Below, in pieces: positions 1 to 9,222 of a stretch of 64,000 bases of DNA. The stretch lies in contig CAJJAV010000008.1 of NCBI GenBank assembly GCA_905182125.1, positions 3,974 through 67,973 of the forward strand, written 5' to 3'. Below the pieces are notes generated by a model. The model was not told the origin of the DNA. It searched no databases and was given only the letters and a program-made list of their open reading frames with translations. Both the position numbers and the translations under genes were made by a program. Every line of letters begins with the position of its first letter. Position 1 is the stretch's first letter. Source of the DNA: an uncultured Candidatus Poseidoniales archaeon (GTDB lineage Archaea; Thermoplasmatota; Poseidoniia; Poseidoniales; Poseidoniaceae).

Positions 1-2601
1 AGTGAACAAGGCTGGTGTTCCACCCCATGAGGGCGCGGTCCAGTCGATTGATGTCGTGCTTTCTTGTGCGTTACCAAGGTTCTCCACCACAAGCCATGCG
101 CTTGCGTCGTGGTTCGGTCGACCGAACCCAGTCGATTCGCCCAATCCAGATGGACCAACGACAGAGAGGCCACGTGTTCTCAAAACTTCGATTGGAAGAC
201 GGAGTGTGGTCACAATGGTTGCGTCCTCTTCGAGGGTCAACATCAAATCGACATACGAGTTTTCATCTCCAAGAGCCGTCGATGGAATGGCGATGTCAAA
301 GGAGACTGTGACTGGTGAGTTGGGGATCAAAGTGGGCGTCAGGTCAGAACCACCGTTGGGGCTGAAGGACCATCCCTCAGGCAATGCTTCATCATCGTAC
401 GTCAATGTCCAATCTGCTGTTTTCGAACCAATTGCCACCAGGTCCAATGAAATGGTGTCTGTTGTGCCGGGGGCGATTCGGATTGGGTCAAACGGTGGGT
501 CGATGCGGGACACGAACGGATCGACAATGTTCAACACCATCGAGGCGTTGTTGTTGTCCTTTCTCGCTTCTGTAAGGTTATTATTGACATCCAGAACAAG
601 GGTAAACTCGTGTTCTCCCAGTTCTGCGACAAACGTAGCGCTGAATGTGAGTGGTCCGCCTTCACCACTCGGTGAAACAGGTTCAACCTCGGCGAAGCGT
701 TCCCGAGCAATCTCCTCACCGTTCATCCGCAAAACGACATCGACATTTTCCTGATTATCGAGGGTTCCTATGTTCGAGAATTGGCCAGTAACGGTGACTT
801 GGTCGCCTGGGTCAGGGGTTGCGGGATTGAAGCTAATACCTCGGTTATCTGCCAGTGGGGCGAGGTCAGCAGCCAATTGTGATACCAGCGTGTCCCCAAT
901 GAGAATGTCGATCCTACCATCGCCGTCCATGTCTGCAGCGGCCGGACTTGCCCAAACACGATGAGGCATAGCGAGGGGGGAGGACCATGCATTGTTGATA
1001 TCCGCAGATGCGCCGGTTTCGCCGTCAAATGCCCACAAGCGCATCCCAAAGGGCACCAATAGCTCAGGAGCACCGCTACCATCAATGTCGAGCCATATTG
1101 GAGATGCGACTGCGATTTCATCATTGTCGTTGCCATTGCCTCGTTGAAGGTCACGTGACCATTCCTTGAACGGTGTGTCATCGCTGATGTCGTGGCATCC
1201 AGTCAACCCTTGACGGTTGAAAGAAAATTGCGATTCAGAAAACCATGTTACCCAGCACAGACGATCGTGCAAACCATCACCAGTTGTGTCAACGACCAGA
1301 GGTTCTGCATCTGCGTAACCGTTCGGTGCACGGAAATTGAAAATTTGATTGGTGGATGTGAGTTCCATACCGATGAACCGAGCTCCAAGCCCAGAAGTGC
1401 GTCCGTTTGCATCGGTTGGAACCGTGAGGATCATTTCTGGTGCATCATCATCGTCCAATTGTGCAATGACCGGTCCAGGCAACCTCAAGCGAGGGGCATC
1501 GGTGTCTGAATCAGTTCCTTGAACGGCGACCCGTTCCCAATCGAGGGAGCCAGTTGCGCCATCAATGCGCCAAACCCACATTGATCCACCATTGGCATCG
1601 ATGGTCGTCAACACAATGGCTGTGTTGGTTGAATCGAGGGCTGCCCATGCCGGCGATGAAGGGTGGGTGCCACGGTCCAAAGCCACAGCCCAATCAGGTT
1701 CTGAAGGGACGCTTGTTGTCAATGAAAAGGCGAGGACAGTCGGATCGTTGGAGGTCTCATCCACCACCGACAGCACCAATTCTGGACTGCCGTCCAATGA
1801 CAAATCAGCGAGCAGGGGTTGGGTGACGGACAGATGGTTGCTTTGGGATGAAGGGGTGTGTGGGCTCTCAATGCCGATGCGGTAATCGACATCGGTGTAA
1901 CTCCAGAGTTTTTCATTTTCATGCCCTGACTTGTCCCATCCAGACTCTGTGCAACTCAATTCGGGCGACCATAGTTCAATGTTGAGTGCGGATTGAGTAT
2001 CGTAGACGAGGATGATTTCTTGGCGCCCATCGTTATTGATATCGGCGATGCTTGGTGTTGATCTCACATCCTTTGTCTCGCCTACGCTGACTTGCCATGC
2101 GATTTTTGCATCGTCCCCTGCGATGAGCGTGAGGTAAGTGTCCGTGGCGTCACTATGCACAAGCACCGCAAAGAGGTCTTCATCGGCACAGCGTTCCTGT
2201 GCTGCGGCCGGTGCGGTAATGCTAGACGAAAAGTCTGCGATGATGGATCCATAGGTGTCGCTGCCCACGCCATCGTCGAGTGCGACCCAATTGACACCAG
2301 GCTCAGTAATGGTTCCAAGTGTCAAGGCGTCTGAGACCAACCCTTGACCTGGACCGCCTTCTGGTCCATGGGCAGGCATGCTTCCATTGTGTGTTGGCGT
2401 CCGTCCGAATTGGCCCCACGGTTGTTCAAGGCCAGTCCATGCGTTGACGGAATCAGTGAGGTTGGTTGTGGTTGGTTCGGCAAAAGCTTGGTTCTGTGGA
2501 TTGGCCACCAACATCGGCGTCATTGATGCCAAAACGAACATCAAAACCGGCAGCAAAGCCGAGGCGAAATTTCCTCCGCCGTCACGCGTTTTACCGGTCA
2601 T
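1..2601 (-). CDS. Secreted/anchored FG-GAP (integrin-alpha-like) repeat protein with a CARDB-like domain; its 3' end runs off the left window edge
   Basis: Seen: absent from the ORF track because there is no stop in the window. My own minus-strand translation gives ATG at 2601-2599, then 867 codons open to nt 1. The N-terminus ALLPVLMFVLASMTPMLVA looks like a signal/anchor. FG-GAP Ca-loops are ADINNDGRQEIILVY, ADLSLDGSPELVLS, LDIDGSGAPELLVP, AADMDGDGRIDILIG. The CARDB-like stretch is PGDQVTVTGQFSNIGTLDNQENVDVVLRMNGEEI. Family names are from memory of the motifs. Confidence 0.8.
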   Translation of the reverse strand, partial: MTGKTRDGGGNFASALLPVLMFVLASMTPMLVANPQNQAFAEPTTTNLTDSVNAWTGLEQPWGQFGRTPTHNGSMPAHGPEGGPGQGLVSDALTLGTITEPGVNWVALDDGVGSDTYGSIIADFSSSITAPAAAQERCADEDLFAVLVHSDATDTYLTLIAGDDAKIAWQVSVGETKDVRSTPSIADINNDGRQEIILVYDTQSALNIELWSPELSCTESGWDKSGHENEKLWSYTDVDYRIGIESPHTPSSQSNHLSVTQPLLADLSLDGSPELVLSVVDETSNDPTVLAFSLTTSVPSEPDWAVALDRGTHPSSPAWAALDSTNTAIVLTTIDANGGSMWVWRIDGATGSLDWERVAVQGTDSDTDAPRLRLPGPVIAQLDDDDAPEMILTVPTDANGRTSGLGARFIGMELTSTNQIFNFRAPNGYADAEPLVVDTTGDGLHDRLCWVTWFSESQFSFNRQGLTGCHDISDDTPFKEWSRDLQRGNGNDNDEIAVASPIWLDIDGSGAPELLVPFGMRLWAFDGETGASADINNAWSSPLAMPHRVWASPAAADMDGDGRIDILIGDTLVSQLAADLAPLADNRGISFNPATPDPGDQVTVTGQFSNIGTLDNQENVDVVLRMNGEEIARERFAEVEPVSPSGEGGPLTFSATFVAELGEHEFTLVLDVNNNLTEARKDNNNASMVLNIVDPFVSRIDPPFDPIRIAPGTTDTISLDLVAIGSKTADWTLTYDDEALPEGWSFSPNGGSDLTPTLIPNSPVTVSFDIAIPSTALGDENSYVDLMLTLEEDATIVTTLRLPIEVLRTRGLSVVGPSGLGESTGFGRPNHDASAWLVVENLGNAQESTTSIDWTAPSWGGTPALFT

Positions 2602-2882
2602 GAGACCGAAGCAGGTTCGGGGGGTTGTTATGGGTTATGGCGGTCTGGCTCTGAAATCATCGATTCAAGGCCTCTATGAGCAGCCCCAGAACGTCGTTCT
2701 TCGGCGTGTTCTTCCTGCGTCCAATACCCTGATTGAGGCGAGTGGATTAAATAGAGGTCGTCGGTGGCGAGAATGACTACGGTCGACTTCTCTCCCGAGG
2801 CGATTGCCGGTGAAGGACGGAATGGGTTTCCCACTCCTCTTCTCCCATCGTTTCTGAGTTGTTGAACGCAGAGGTGAACATT

Positions 2883-3434
2883 ATGTACAAAATTGTATCA
2901 AGGGAAGACACGATCCGCATTCCTGCCGAATACATGCGCAAAGGCGCATCGCTGAATGATCACATCGATCGACTTTCAATGACCGCATTTGAAGGTCGCT
3001 TCGATGAACAAAACCGCTTCATCCTCCTAACCACCAACCACGAACCACTCGGCCGAGGTCGAATCATTCACGGCGACGGTGCCATTTACCAACGTGTTCG
3101 CTTCGATGCCGTGCTCTTTTGCATGGAAGATTACGAAGTGGTCGAAGGCGCTGTTTCCGAAGTCAACGAATTCGGTGCTTTCGTCCGAATTGGTCCTATG
3201 GAAGCTCTCCTTCACAAGTCTCAGATCATGGAAGACCACGTTGATGCCAACGTCGGCATGGGATGGATCGAAGGCCGTCAAAGCGGTCGTCGCATCGGTG
3301 TTGGGAACTCAGTTCGTGCTCGAATTGTTTCACTTTCCCCTGACACATCGGATCCTCGCCGCTCCAAGATTGGATTGACCAGCAAGCAACCGGGTCTCGG
3401 ATGCCACACCTGGCTCGATGAAGACAATGAATGA
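2883..3434 (+). CDS. rpoE: DNA-directed RNA polymerase subunit E' (Rpo7), S1 domain
   Basis: Seen: GAGGTGA lies 7 nt before the ATG at 2883 (the track ORF begins at a TTG at 2859). The S1-fold segment is VVEGAVSEVNEFGAFVRIGPMEALLHKSQI. Known: it heads the conserved archaeal rpoE'-spt4-S24e-S27ae operon. Confidence 0.9.
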   Translation: MYKIVSREDTIRIPAEYMRKGASLNDHIDRLSMTAFEGRFDEQNRFILLTTNHEPLGRGRIIHGDGAIYQRVRFDAVLFCMEDYEVVEGAVSEVNEFGAFVRIGPMEALLHKSQIMEDHVDANVGMGWIEGRQSGRRIGVGNSVRARIVSLSPDTSDPRRSKIGLTSKQPGLGCHTWLDEDNE

Positions 3435-3445
3435 GGTGATGATGT

Positions 3446-3649
3446 ATGGTTAAGATTCCCTTCGCATGCGCAGAATGTCACCTCGTCCTTGACGATGGTA
3501 TCGATCAGTGCCCTCGCCACCCATCCGCTCAAGTATCAACCGATCACCAAGGATACGTCATCATCATCAACCCAGCCCGTTCTGATATTGCCAAGAAATT
3601 GGAAGTCGAACTGCCAGGGAAGTACGCACTCAAAGTAAGCAACCGATAA
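3446..3649 (+). CDS. spt4: Transcription elongation factor Spt4 / RpoE''
   Basis: Seen: a 67-aa protein with Zn-ribbon-like CAEC...CPRH and a GYVIIINP...IAKKL core. The position directly after rpoE' is the canonical archaeal synteny. Confidence 0.85.
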   Translation: MVKIPFACAECHLVLDDGIDQCPRHPSAQVSTDHQGYVIIINPARSDIAKKLEVELPGKYALKVSNR

Positions 3650-3662
3650 GGAGATGAAAAGT

Positions 3663-3989
3663 ATGGAAATAGTAAACCGAACAGAAAACAAACTACTCAA
3701 CCGCGTTGAAATCGATTTCAGCTGGCAGCATATTGGACTTGCAACTCCTTCTCGAAAGGAAGTCATGGATTTGGTTCGCACCCTTGAACCAAAGTCCAAC
3801 CCCGATTGCATTGTTGTCAAAAACTGCAACACTCGATTTGGACAACCTTTGACCACAGGGACTGCATTTGTCTACAGTGATATCTCAGACATGAGCGTTG
3901 AACCAAGTTACATTCACAAGCGACACGAGCAATTCTGGACCGCAAAGGCCCCAGAAGCTGAAGAATCTTCCAAGGGAGGTGACGAGTGA
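3663..3989 (+). CDS. rps24e: 30S ribosomal protein eS24
   Basis: Seen: [19 protein letters not shown]...TPSRKEV matches the eS24 N-terminal signature. AAGGAG lies about 10 nt upstream of the ATG at 3663 (the track start 3654 is too close to the RBS). Confidence 0.9.
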   Translation: MEIVNRTENKLLNRVEIDFSWQHIGLATPSRKEVMDLVRTLEPKSNPDCIVVKNCNTRFGQPLTTGTAFVYSDISDMSVEPSYIHKRHEQFWTAKAPEAEESSKGGDE

Positions 3990-4162
3990 TGGGCGACGGT
4001 CCTAAAGCCGGTGCCAAGTGGTCCAAGTATTCCGTCGGCGAAGATGGAACTTTGACTCGCAAAGCCGAGTTCTGCCCTCAATGTGGTCCAGGAGTTTTCT
4101 TGGGCGTTCACAAGGACCGCAAGTCATGCGGTCGCTGTGGTCACACTGAAACGAACGAGTGA
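3989..4162 (+). CDS. rps27ae: 30S ribosomal protein eS27ae (C4 zinc ribbon), 57 aa, below the track threshold
   Basis: Seen: my own translation is [57 protein letters not shown]. Its ATG overlaps the eS24 stop (TGATG). CPQCG...CGRCG is the eS27ae ribbon, and the synteny is canonical. Confidence 0.85.
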   Translation: MGDGPKAGAKWSKYSVGEDGTLTRKAEFCPQCGPGVFLGVHKDRKSCGRCGHTETNE

Positions 4163-4165
4163 TGA

Positions 4166-4801
4166 TCAAGCGAGCAACGCTCGCACATCATTCAGAATGC
4201 CCTGAGCATTCCAATCATCATGAGTCCAGCGTACGCGTTGCCAACCGTCCTCATCAACGAGAACAACCCCGTTGGTATGGTCGAGGTCATAATACACTGT
4301 GTGCCCTCTCCCAAGGCTCGTTGACTGGTTTGATTCCGTGAGGACCAATCCGATGCTGAAGTCTGTCCATACCTGTTCGATCAGCGATAGGTTCGCCTCG
4401 GAATCAACAGGTGTTGTCAGGTGTGGCCACGTGACGTTGTGGTCGCTTTTGTAATTCGTGAGCCCGACGGGTCCATCCCGCCATGGATCAACGGTGATCG
4501 AGAGAAAACTGGTGTTGCTACGCTCGCTCTCTCCAAGTTGCGATTGAACCCACGCCATGTCGCTGGTTGTTGTGGGGCATACATCGGGGCAATTCACATA
4601 GACAAATCCTACAATGAGCACTTTGCCTGAGACGTTGCTCGAATTAAACAGGGAACCGTCATCGCTTTCGAGAACGAATGGTCGAAAGGTGACAGGGGGG
4701 TTGAGGTCCTCGCCTTGGTAAATATCGGCACCAATCGGCGACATGCAACCTGCAAACAGCAAGGTGGCTACAAGGAAAAATCCAAGGATGTGTTGCTTCA
4801 A
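4166..4801 (-). CDS. SCO1/SenC-family thioredoxin-fold copper chaperone, lipoprotein-like signal
   Basis: Seen: VLIVGFVYVNCPDVCPTTT carries the SCO1 CxxxC motif. I prefer the TTG start at 4801, which has GAGGGG 6 nt upstream and gives MKQHILGFFLVATLLFAGC. Track alternatives at 4852/4834 would overlap the upstream gene. Confidence 0.8.
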   Translation of the reverse strand: MKQHILGFFLVATLLFAGCMSPIGADIYQGEDLNPPVTFRPFVLESDDGSLFNSSNVSGKVLIVGFVYVNCPDVCPTTTSDMAWVQSQLGESERSNTSFLSITVDPWRDGPVGLTNYKSDHNVTWPHLTTPVDSEANLSLIEQVWTDFSIGLVLTESNQSTSLGRGHTVYYDLDHTNGVVLVDEDGWQRVRWTHDDWNAQGILNDVRALLA

Positions 4802-4811
4802 CAGGGTCCCC

Positions 4812-7112
4812 TCATCGGTTCTTGCGTTGACCATGAGAAAAAGCAGCACCAATGATCAGCAACAACATCCAACTCGTGTCAAACAAAAGTCCCGTTATGT
4901 TTGTTGGAAGTCGAGGTTCTTCAATCAATTCCGGCATGTGAGCATACACAGTCTGAGCGGCCATTCCACCGGGTGGTCCACCGCCACCTTGGCCGCCACC
5001 AGAATTGGAATCATCAGCAAGACCGTGGTAACACAACAAAAAGTAAGGGAATCCAATCATTGGCACCGTGTCACCATTGGTGTCGACAACGGTTTTGCTT
5101 GAACCACTCAGTGGTGTGGAGACATAGTAGTATGTGCCATCAGGGTATTCAGGCGTTGCTCCAAAACGTCCATTGCATTCATCCAAATCACCGGAACCGC
5201 TGATGTAGTTCCAATCATCAATACCGTTGTATCCTTGATCGCCACCATCGCTTGTGCGTTCAACTTCGTAGGATGATTTCATTCCTTGCACTGCGCCGTT
5301 TTCGTCCCATGTGTACATTCCATAGATTGGATAACCATCGAAGGACCATCCAATGACGGGGGAATGTTGTGTGGGGTCGATTAGACTCCAGTCATAGTCT
5401 TGCATGGTTTGACCATTCTCAGCTTCCCAGTATTGGCACATTGCATCCCAATGGTAGTGCACGCCAGTTGGACCGGCATGTGCTCCGCAGTAACCAAGAT
5501 CAATGGGCTGTCTGTCTTCATTAAAGTAAAACAAATCGAGTGCCACTGCATCGCCACCTGGTCCCTCTTCAGGACCAAAGATCGGAACACCGTTTGCAGC
5601 AACAGCCACTTGGCCACGATCAGCAGCGCATTCCCATCGTCCATTCGAGGCAGGGCAATTGGTTGAGGTATGGCCCCCGTTTGTGTCGTTTGTTGGGTTC
5701 AATGGAATGGACCAGGTGTGGCTTTGCACATCGCCAGGTCCGAAGGCAGAGACCCAATTGTGATTTGGAATGCCGTTTGAGTTGACGTTCATTTCTGTCG
5801 AGGACGCAGTGACGCTGACTTCACACTGGAACCAAGGTCCTGAGCCTCCGCCGTTCGGCGTGCTCACCCCGTTGGTATTTTCGTTGTAATTATTTCCAAC
5901 GCCATTATCATCTCGAACCCAAGGCCCGTTTCCATCTTGACAATACCAGGAATCTTCGGGTGACCAGTCTGGAAGGGTGCAGCCATCAGCGCCCACAACC
6001 GCGCCCATCGGGGTGTTGGGGCACTGATCGACAGCATCGCTGACACCATCGCCATCGCTGTCCTTTTGTGAGTCAGCGCAGCCATCAGCATCGACGGTTT
6101 CCCCAGTTGGTGTGTTGTCACAGAGGTCCAGAACATTGTTCACACCGTCATTATCGGCATCTTTTTGAGATTCTGCACATCCATCACTGTCCACAGTTTG
6201 GGACGAAGGGGTATCCGGACAGAGGTCTTTATCATTCATGATTCCATCAAGGTCGTCATCAGTCTCAGATTCAGAGCAGCCAGTTGCATACACAGGTTCG
6301 CCTTCAGGCGTCGCGTCACAGAGGTCTGCTTCATCCATCACGCCGTCGCTGTCAGCATCGCCTTCAGGAATTGGTGGCACTGGAAGGTTGACACGGATGC
6401 TCTCACTTGATGGTTCAAAGAGGCCACATTCAGACACAATATCGCCCTCGGTGTTGTGGTAGGATGTGTTGATTTGCATTGAGAATGTACCAGTAGTGGT
6501 GTTGCTTTGACCCGCAACAATACGTGCAGGACTTTGGCCCAAGGGGTGGTATTCGACGGAGCATGTTTGCGGGAAGTTATGGATCATTGTACCGGTGATT
6601 GTCCCTTGGTCATCTCCTTCGGCAGGTTGCAGCCAGTAAAATGTCACCAGAACATTGTTCTCGGTAGGAGGCAGGATCGTCAGTGAAGATAATTTTAGCG
6701 GGCTGGTTTGGTTGCTATCGTCGACGACGCTTGCTTGGATGACCCAAGTTCCAGGGAGCACCTTTCCGCTGTTGATTGTCCATTGCCCTTGGGCATCTGG
6801 TGTGGCATTGAACGTCAGGGTGCTTGAATCAGTCATGTCGATCAGAAGAACCGTGACAATAGAAGATGTGGGTGACTCATCAGTAATGAAACCGGTAATG
6901 TGTGCTGATGTGTTATCCCAGTCATGGACATGGGTTTGAGCAAGGAGGACAACAGGGCTCAGATTAACGGTTTGAGACCCAGGTATATCAGCATCCGCAT
7001 CTTCTTGTGGATTGACAGGGTCTTCATTTGAACCATTGTTGACAAGCATCATCCCACTCGTCACCATTAACAGAGCGAGAACACCACTGATGATGGTGAT
7101 TCTTGTGTCCAT
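4812..7112 (-). CDS. Exoprotein with TSP3 Ca-binding repeats plus a YHYH domain and a C-terminal TM anchor
   Basis: Seen: there is an N-terminal signal. Repeats of the DxDxDGxxDxxDxCPxTP type include DADSDGVMDEADLCDATP, DDDLDGIMNDKDLCPDTP, DADNDGVNNVLDLCDNTP, DSDGDGVSDAVDQCPNTP. YHYH-domain motifs are GVHYHWDAMC, LDECNGRFGATPEYPDGTYYYVST, GFPYFLLCYHG. The C-terminal hydrophobic helix is followed by HGQRKNR. Confidence 0.8.
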   Translation of the reverse strand: MDTRITIISGVLALLMVTSGMMLVNNGSNEDPVNPQEDADADIPGSQTVNLSPVVLLAQTHVHDWDNTSAHITGFITDESPTSSIVTVLLIDMTDSSTLTFNATPDAQGQWTINSGKVLPGTWVIQASVVDDSNQTSPLKLSSLTILPPTENNVLVTFYWLQPAEGDDQGTITGTMIHNFPQTCSVEYHPLGQSPARIVAGQSNTTTGTFSMQINTSYHNTEGDIVSECGLFEPSSESIRVNLPVPPIPEGDADSDGVMDEADLCDATPEGEPVYATGCSESETDDDLDGIMNDKDLCPDTPSSQTVDSDGCAESQKDADNDGVNNVLDLCDNTPTGETVDADGCADSQKDSDGDGVSDAVDQCPNTPMGAVVGADGCTLPDWSPEDSWYCQDGNGPWVRDDNGVGNNYNENTNGVSTPNGGGSGPWFQCEVSVTASSTEMNVNSNGIPNHNWVSAFGPGDVQSHTWSIPLNPTNDTNGGHTSTNCPASNGRWECAADRGQVAVAANGVPIFGPEEGPGGDAVALDLFYFNEDRQPIDLGYCGAHAGPTGVHYHWDAMCQYWEAENGQTMQDYDWSLIDPTQHSPVIGWSFDGYPIYGMYTWDENGAVQGMKSSYEVERTSDGGDQGYNGIDDWNYISGSGDLDECNGRFGATPEYPDGTYYYVSTPLSGSSKTVVDTNGDTVPMIGFPYFLLCYHGLADDSNSGGGQGGGGPPGGMAAQTVYAHMPELIEEPRLPTNITGLLFDTSWMLLLIIGAAFSHGQRKNR

Positions 7113-7135
7113 AAGTTAAGTTCACCAAATATTTG

Positions 7136-7142
7136 TTATAAA
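7136..7142 (-). promoter_or_regulatory. TATA-like box (TTTATAA on the minus strand) upstream of the TSP3/YHYH gene
   Basis: Seen: TTTATAA lies 24-30 nt upstream of the ATG at 7112, and GGTGA sits just before the ATG. The archaeal TATA consensus TTTAWA is established; the assignment here is inference. Confidence 0.35.
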
Positions 7143-7186
7143 CATCGTTACGCTTTGTTTGGTCAAGGCTGTGGAAACCTCAATGT

Positions 7187-8113
7187 TTAGAAGTGAGAAT
7201 GCAGCCATGAGCCATCATTGAGCAGAAGGTAAGTTTTGCCTTTGTTGTACAAAATGTGAACTGGTATTTCGTGCATTTTCGAGGTTTTGAGGCCATCTGT
7301 AGAGAGGAAGAGTTCTTCACGCCAACCTGCAATCCTCCAAGCCTTCTCACTTTCGCTCCAAAAAGCATGCTGAACAGGACCTGATAACTTAGCGTCAATG
7401 AGCGCCATTCCCTCCGTGCGCCAAACGACCGAACCGTTGTCATAGACGTGAAGTTCTTGCCCGTGTTGACAGTAAACATGCTCCAATACGCCATCATAGT
7501 GGTTTACGTTTGTAGAGACCAGATCTCCTGTCTCTACATCATATGACTGGGTCCCGCCTCCACGTGACCACACTTTCAACAACCCGTTATCGAATGCTGC
7601 TGTCACCACATCATTGGCGCGTGGAAGTTTGGTCAATTCTGGCCATGTAGGTAATTCAATGCGCCAATGTTCGCCAGCATCGTTACCCATTGCATAAATG
7701 CCCTTTTTGTAGAGCACAAAAGCAAACCCATCCTCATGACCACAGAGTGCAAGTGGTTCTGCGTCCAGCACATGAGACCAGAGGGAACCGCTTGGGTGTT
7801 GGGCTGATTCAAGTGTTGTGCGAGTTCTCAAGGAACCTCGTTCAGGTCCGTCAGTGATTGCTTCTGAGCAATCAAACGCTGCCATTCTTGCCATCAGCAA
7901 TTCGTGGTCAATCCATGTAGCCACAAAAGTGCCATTTACCACACACGTGTGTCGAACAGCCATTGGGAACGGCTTTCGAACTTCATCCACGGACTGAAAG
8001 TCCTTATCGAGTTGGAGAAACTCCCCATCAATTCCAACGGCTAAGTAGCCTTTCGAATGTGCTTGAAGCGTGAGTGCGTGAAAGGGCACCTTGGGTGGTA
8101 AGGTGTCCGTCAT
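7187..8113 (-). CDS. Hypothetical protein, repetitive beta-propeller-like
   Basis: Seen: a long open frame. The ATG at 8113 (MTDTLPPK) is preferred over the track start at 8164. Gly/Trp/Asp-containing beta-strand repeats recur, but I recognise no family. Confidence 0.55.
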   Translation of the reverse strand: MTDTLPPKVPFHALTLQAHSKGYLAVGIDGEFLQLDKDFQSVDEVRKPFPMAVRHTCVVNGTFVATWIDHELLMARMAAFDCSEAITDGPERGSLRTRTTLESAQHPSGSLWSHVLDAEPLALCGHEDGFAFVLYKKGIYAMGNDAGEHWRIELPTWPELTKLPRANDVVTAAFDNGLLKVWSRGGGTQSYDVETGDLVSTNVNHYDGVLEHVYCQHGQELHVYDNGSVVWRTEGMALIDAKLSGPVQHAFWSESEKAWRIAGWREELFLSTDGLKTSKMHEIPVHILYNKGKTYLLLNDGSWLHSHF

Positions 8114-8188
8114 GGTCTTGGCTTGGTGGCGTGGTTTGTCAATCCTCCCACGCAACAGAATCAAATGGCCTTCTGGACTGGTGATGGT

Positions 8189-9151
8189 ATGAGCGTACCA
8201 TCTGTGGTGTTGATTGCGGTCAGCGGCGGTGACATTGCATCAACCAACCAAGCCGATGTGGTTCGTTCGCTTGGTGCCTGGGATCAACTCCCGGATGTCG
8301 AAGGAGCCCCTGCCTATGCCTCAAAAGCAGTTCGAATGTGGGTTTTTCCAGATGGTGTGTTAAGGGAAGATCACATTGATTTACGTTGGTTCAAAGCGAC
8401 AGGTGAGCATGTTTCGGAGGTTATTTTCCCCTCTCGACACGTTGCTAAAAGTGGGCGTGCGTGCCTGACACTGCATCCAATAGGCGTCATGCAACTTGAC
8501 CCCTCAGTAACCGCCCCCTTTGGCGGCAAGGCTGGTGACGCACCCCCCCCATCACCTCGTCTCGGTCCATGGTGGCGTTCACTTCTACAACGATCTGAAG
8601 GTGTTGATTTGGGTGAAGCCTTTGACATTTCTCTCGAAGTGACGCACCACGGACCGTGGCTTGATGCTCCTTGTCTTTTCATTGAAGTTGGCTCCACTGC
8701 CGCGACATGGGGTCATCTGGGTGCAGCGCACCTGCTCGGTCAACTGATCCATGAAGGGCTCGGCCTGGATGGCGGCGAGGGCATTGGTCAGTGGGACCCT
8801 GAAAAGAACGCTGGCGAGCTTGTTCTCATCACCCTTGGTGGGGGTCATTACGCTCCACGGGGCAACCAAATCACCGCAAATACTGGCGTTTGGCTTGGCC
8901 ATATGCTCGCGACCTATGCTCTGCCCTTTGACGCACCACCGGAAGACGGAAGTGCACCGGGTGGATTCTGGCGTCAATCAATTGATGCAGCATTTGCCGC
9001 CACAAAGCGTGCATTTCCAAACGGAGATCTTGTCTTTTCCATGGATAAGAAAGCGTTCAAAGGGTGGCAACGGCAGGCCATTCGAGATCACTTAGAACAG
9101 TTGGGCGCTCCTTTGTTGAAGCGTCAAGGTGTGCTTGACCGGGTTCAATGA
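8189..9151 (+). CDS. dtdA: D-aminoacyl-tRNA deacylase, archaeal type (DtdA/GEK1 family)
   Basis: Seen: GGGHYAPR and EVTHHGP motifs, and an N-terminus of the VLIAVSGGDIAS type. The start is ambiguous (8165 or 8189; GGTGA lies 4 nt before 8189). Confidence 0.8.
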   Translation: MSVPSVVLIAVSGGDIASTNQADVVRSLGAWDQLPDVEGAPAYASKAVRMWVFPDGVLREDHIDLRWFKATGEHVSEVIFPSRHVAKSGRACLTLHPIGVMQLDPSVTAPFGGKAGDAPPPSPRLGPWWRSLLQRSEGVDLGEAFDISLEVTHHGPWLDAPCLFIEVGSTAATWGHLGAAHLLGQLIHEGLGLDGGEGIGQWDPEKNAGELVLITLGGGHYAPRGNQITANTGVWLGHMLATYALPFDAPPEDGSAPGGFWRQSIDAAFAATKRAFPNGDLVFSMDKKAFKGWQRQAIRDHLEQLGAPLLKRQGVLDRVQ

Positions 9152-9222
9152 ACTCATGTGTCCAAACATTAGGGCAACAAGCCTCAAGAATCTCCTGTGC
9201 TGACATGCCGCTGGGAGAAGTC

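Noticed and set aside
2-2776. Track ORFs 2..754(+), 768..1181(-), 1192..1509(+), 1565..1885(+), 2082..2318(-), 2378..2776(+)
   Set aside because: All lie inside, or antisense to, the 867-codon minus-strand FG-GAP/CARDB frame (1..2601), which has coherent domain content. They are shadow ORFs.
2602-2882. 281-nt divergent spacer before the rpoE' operon as a possible ncRNA locus (hairpin CCGAA-N5-TTCGG at 2605-2619; TTAAATA at about 2748)
   Set aside because: It contains only a weak 5-bp stem and I recognise no known RNA motif. It is most simply a bidirectional promoter region.
8543-8550. C8 homopolymer inside dtdA as a frameshift or phase-variation site
   Set aside because: The reading frame is intact across it (DAPPPSP) and the conserved downstream motifs remain in frame.
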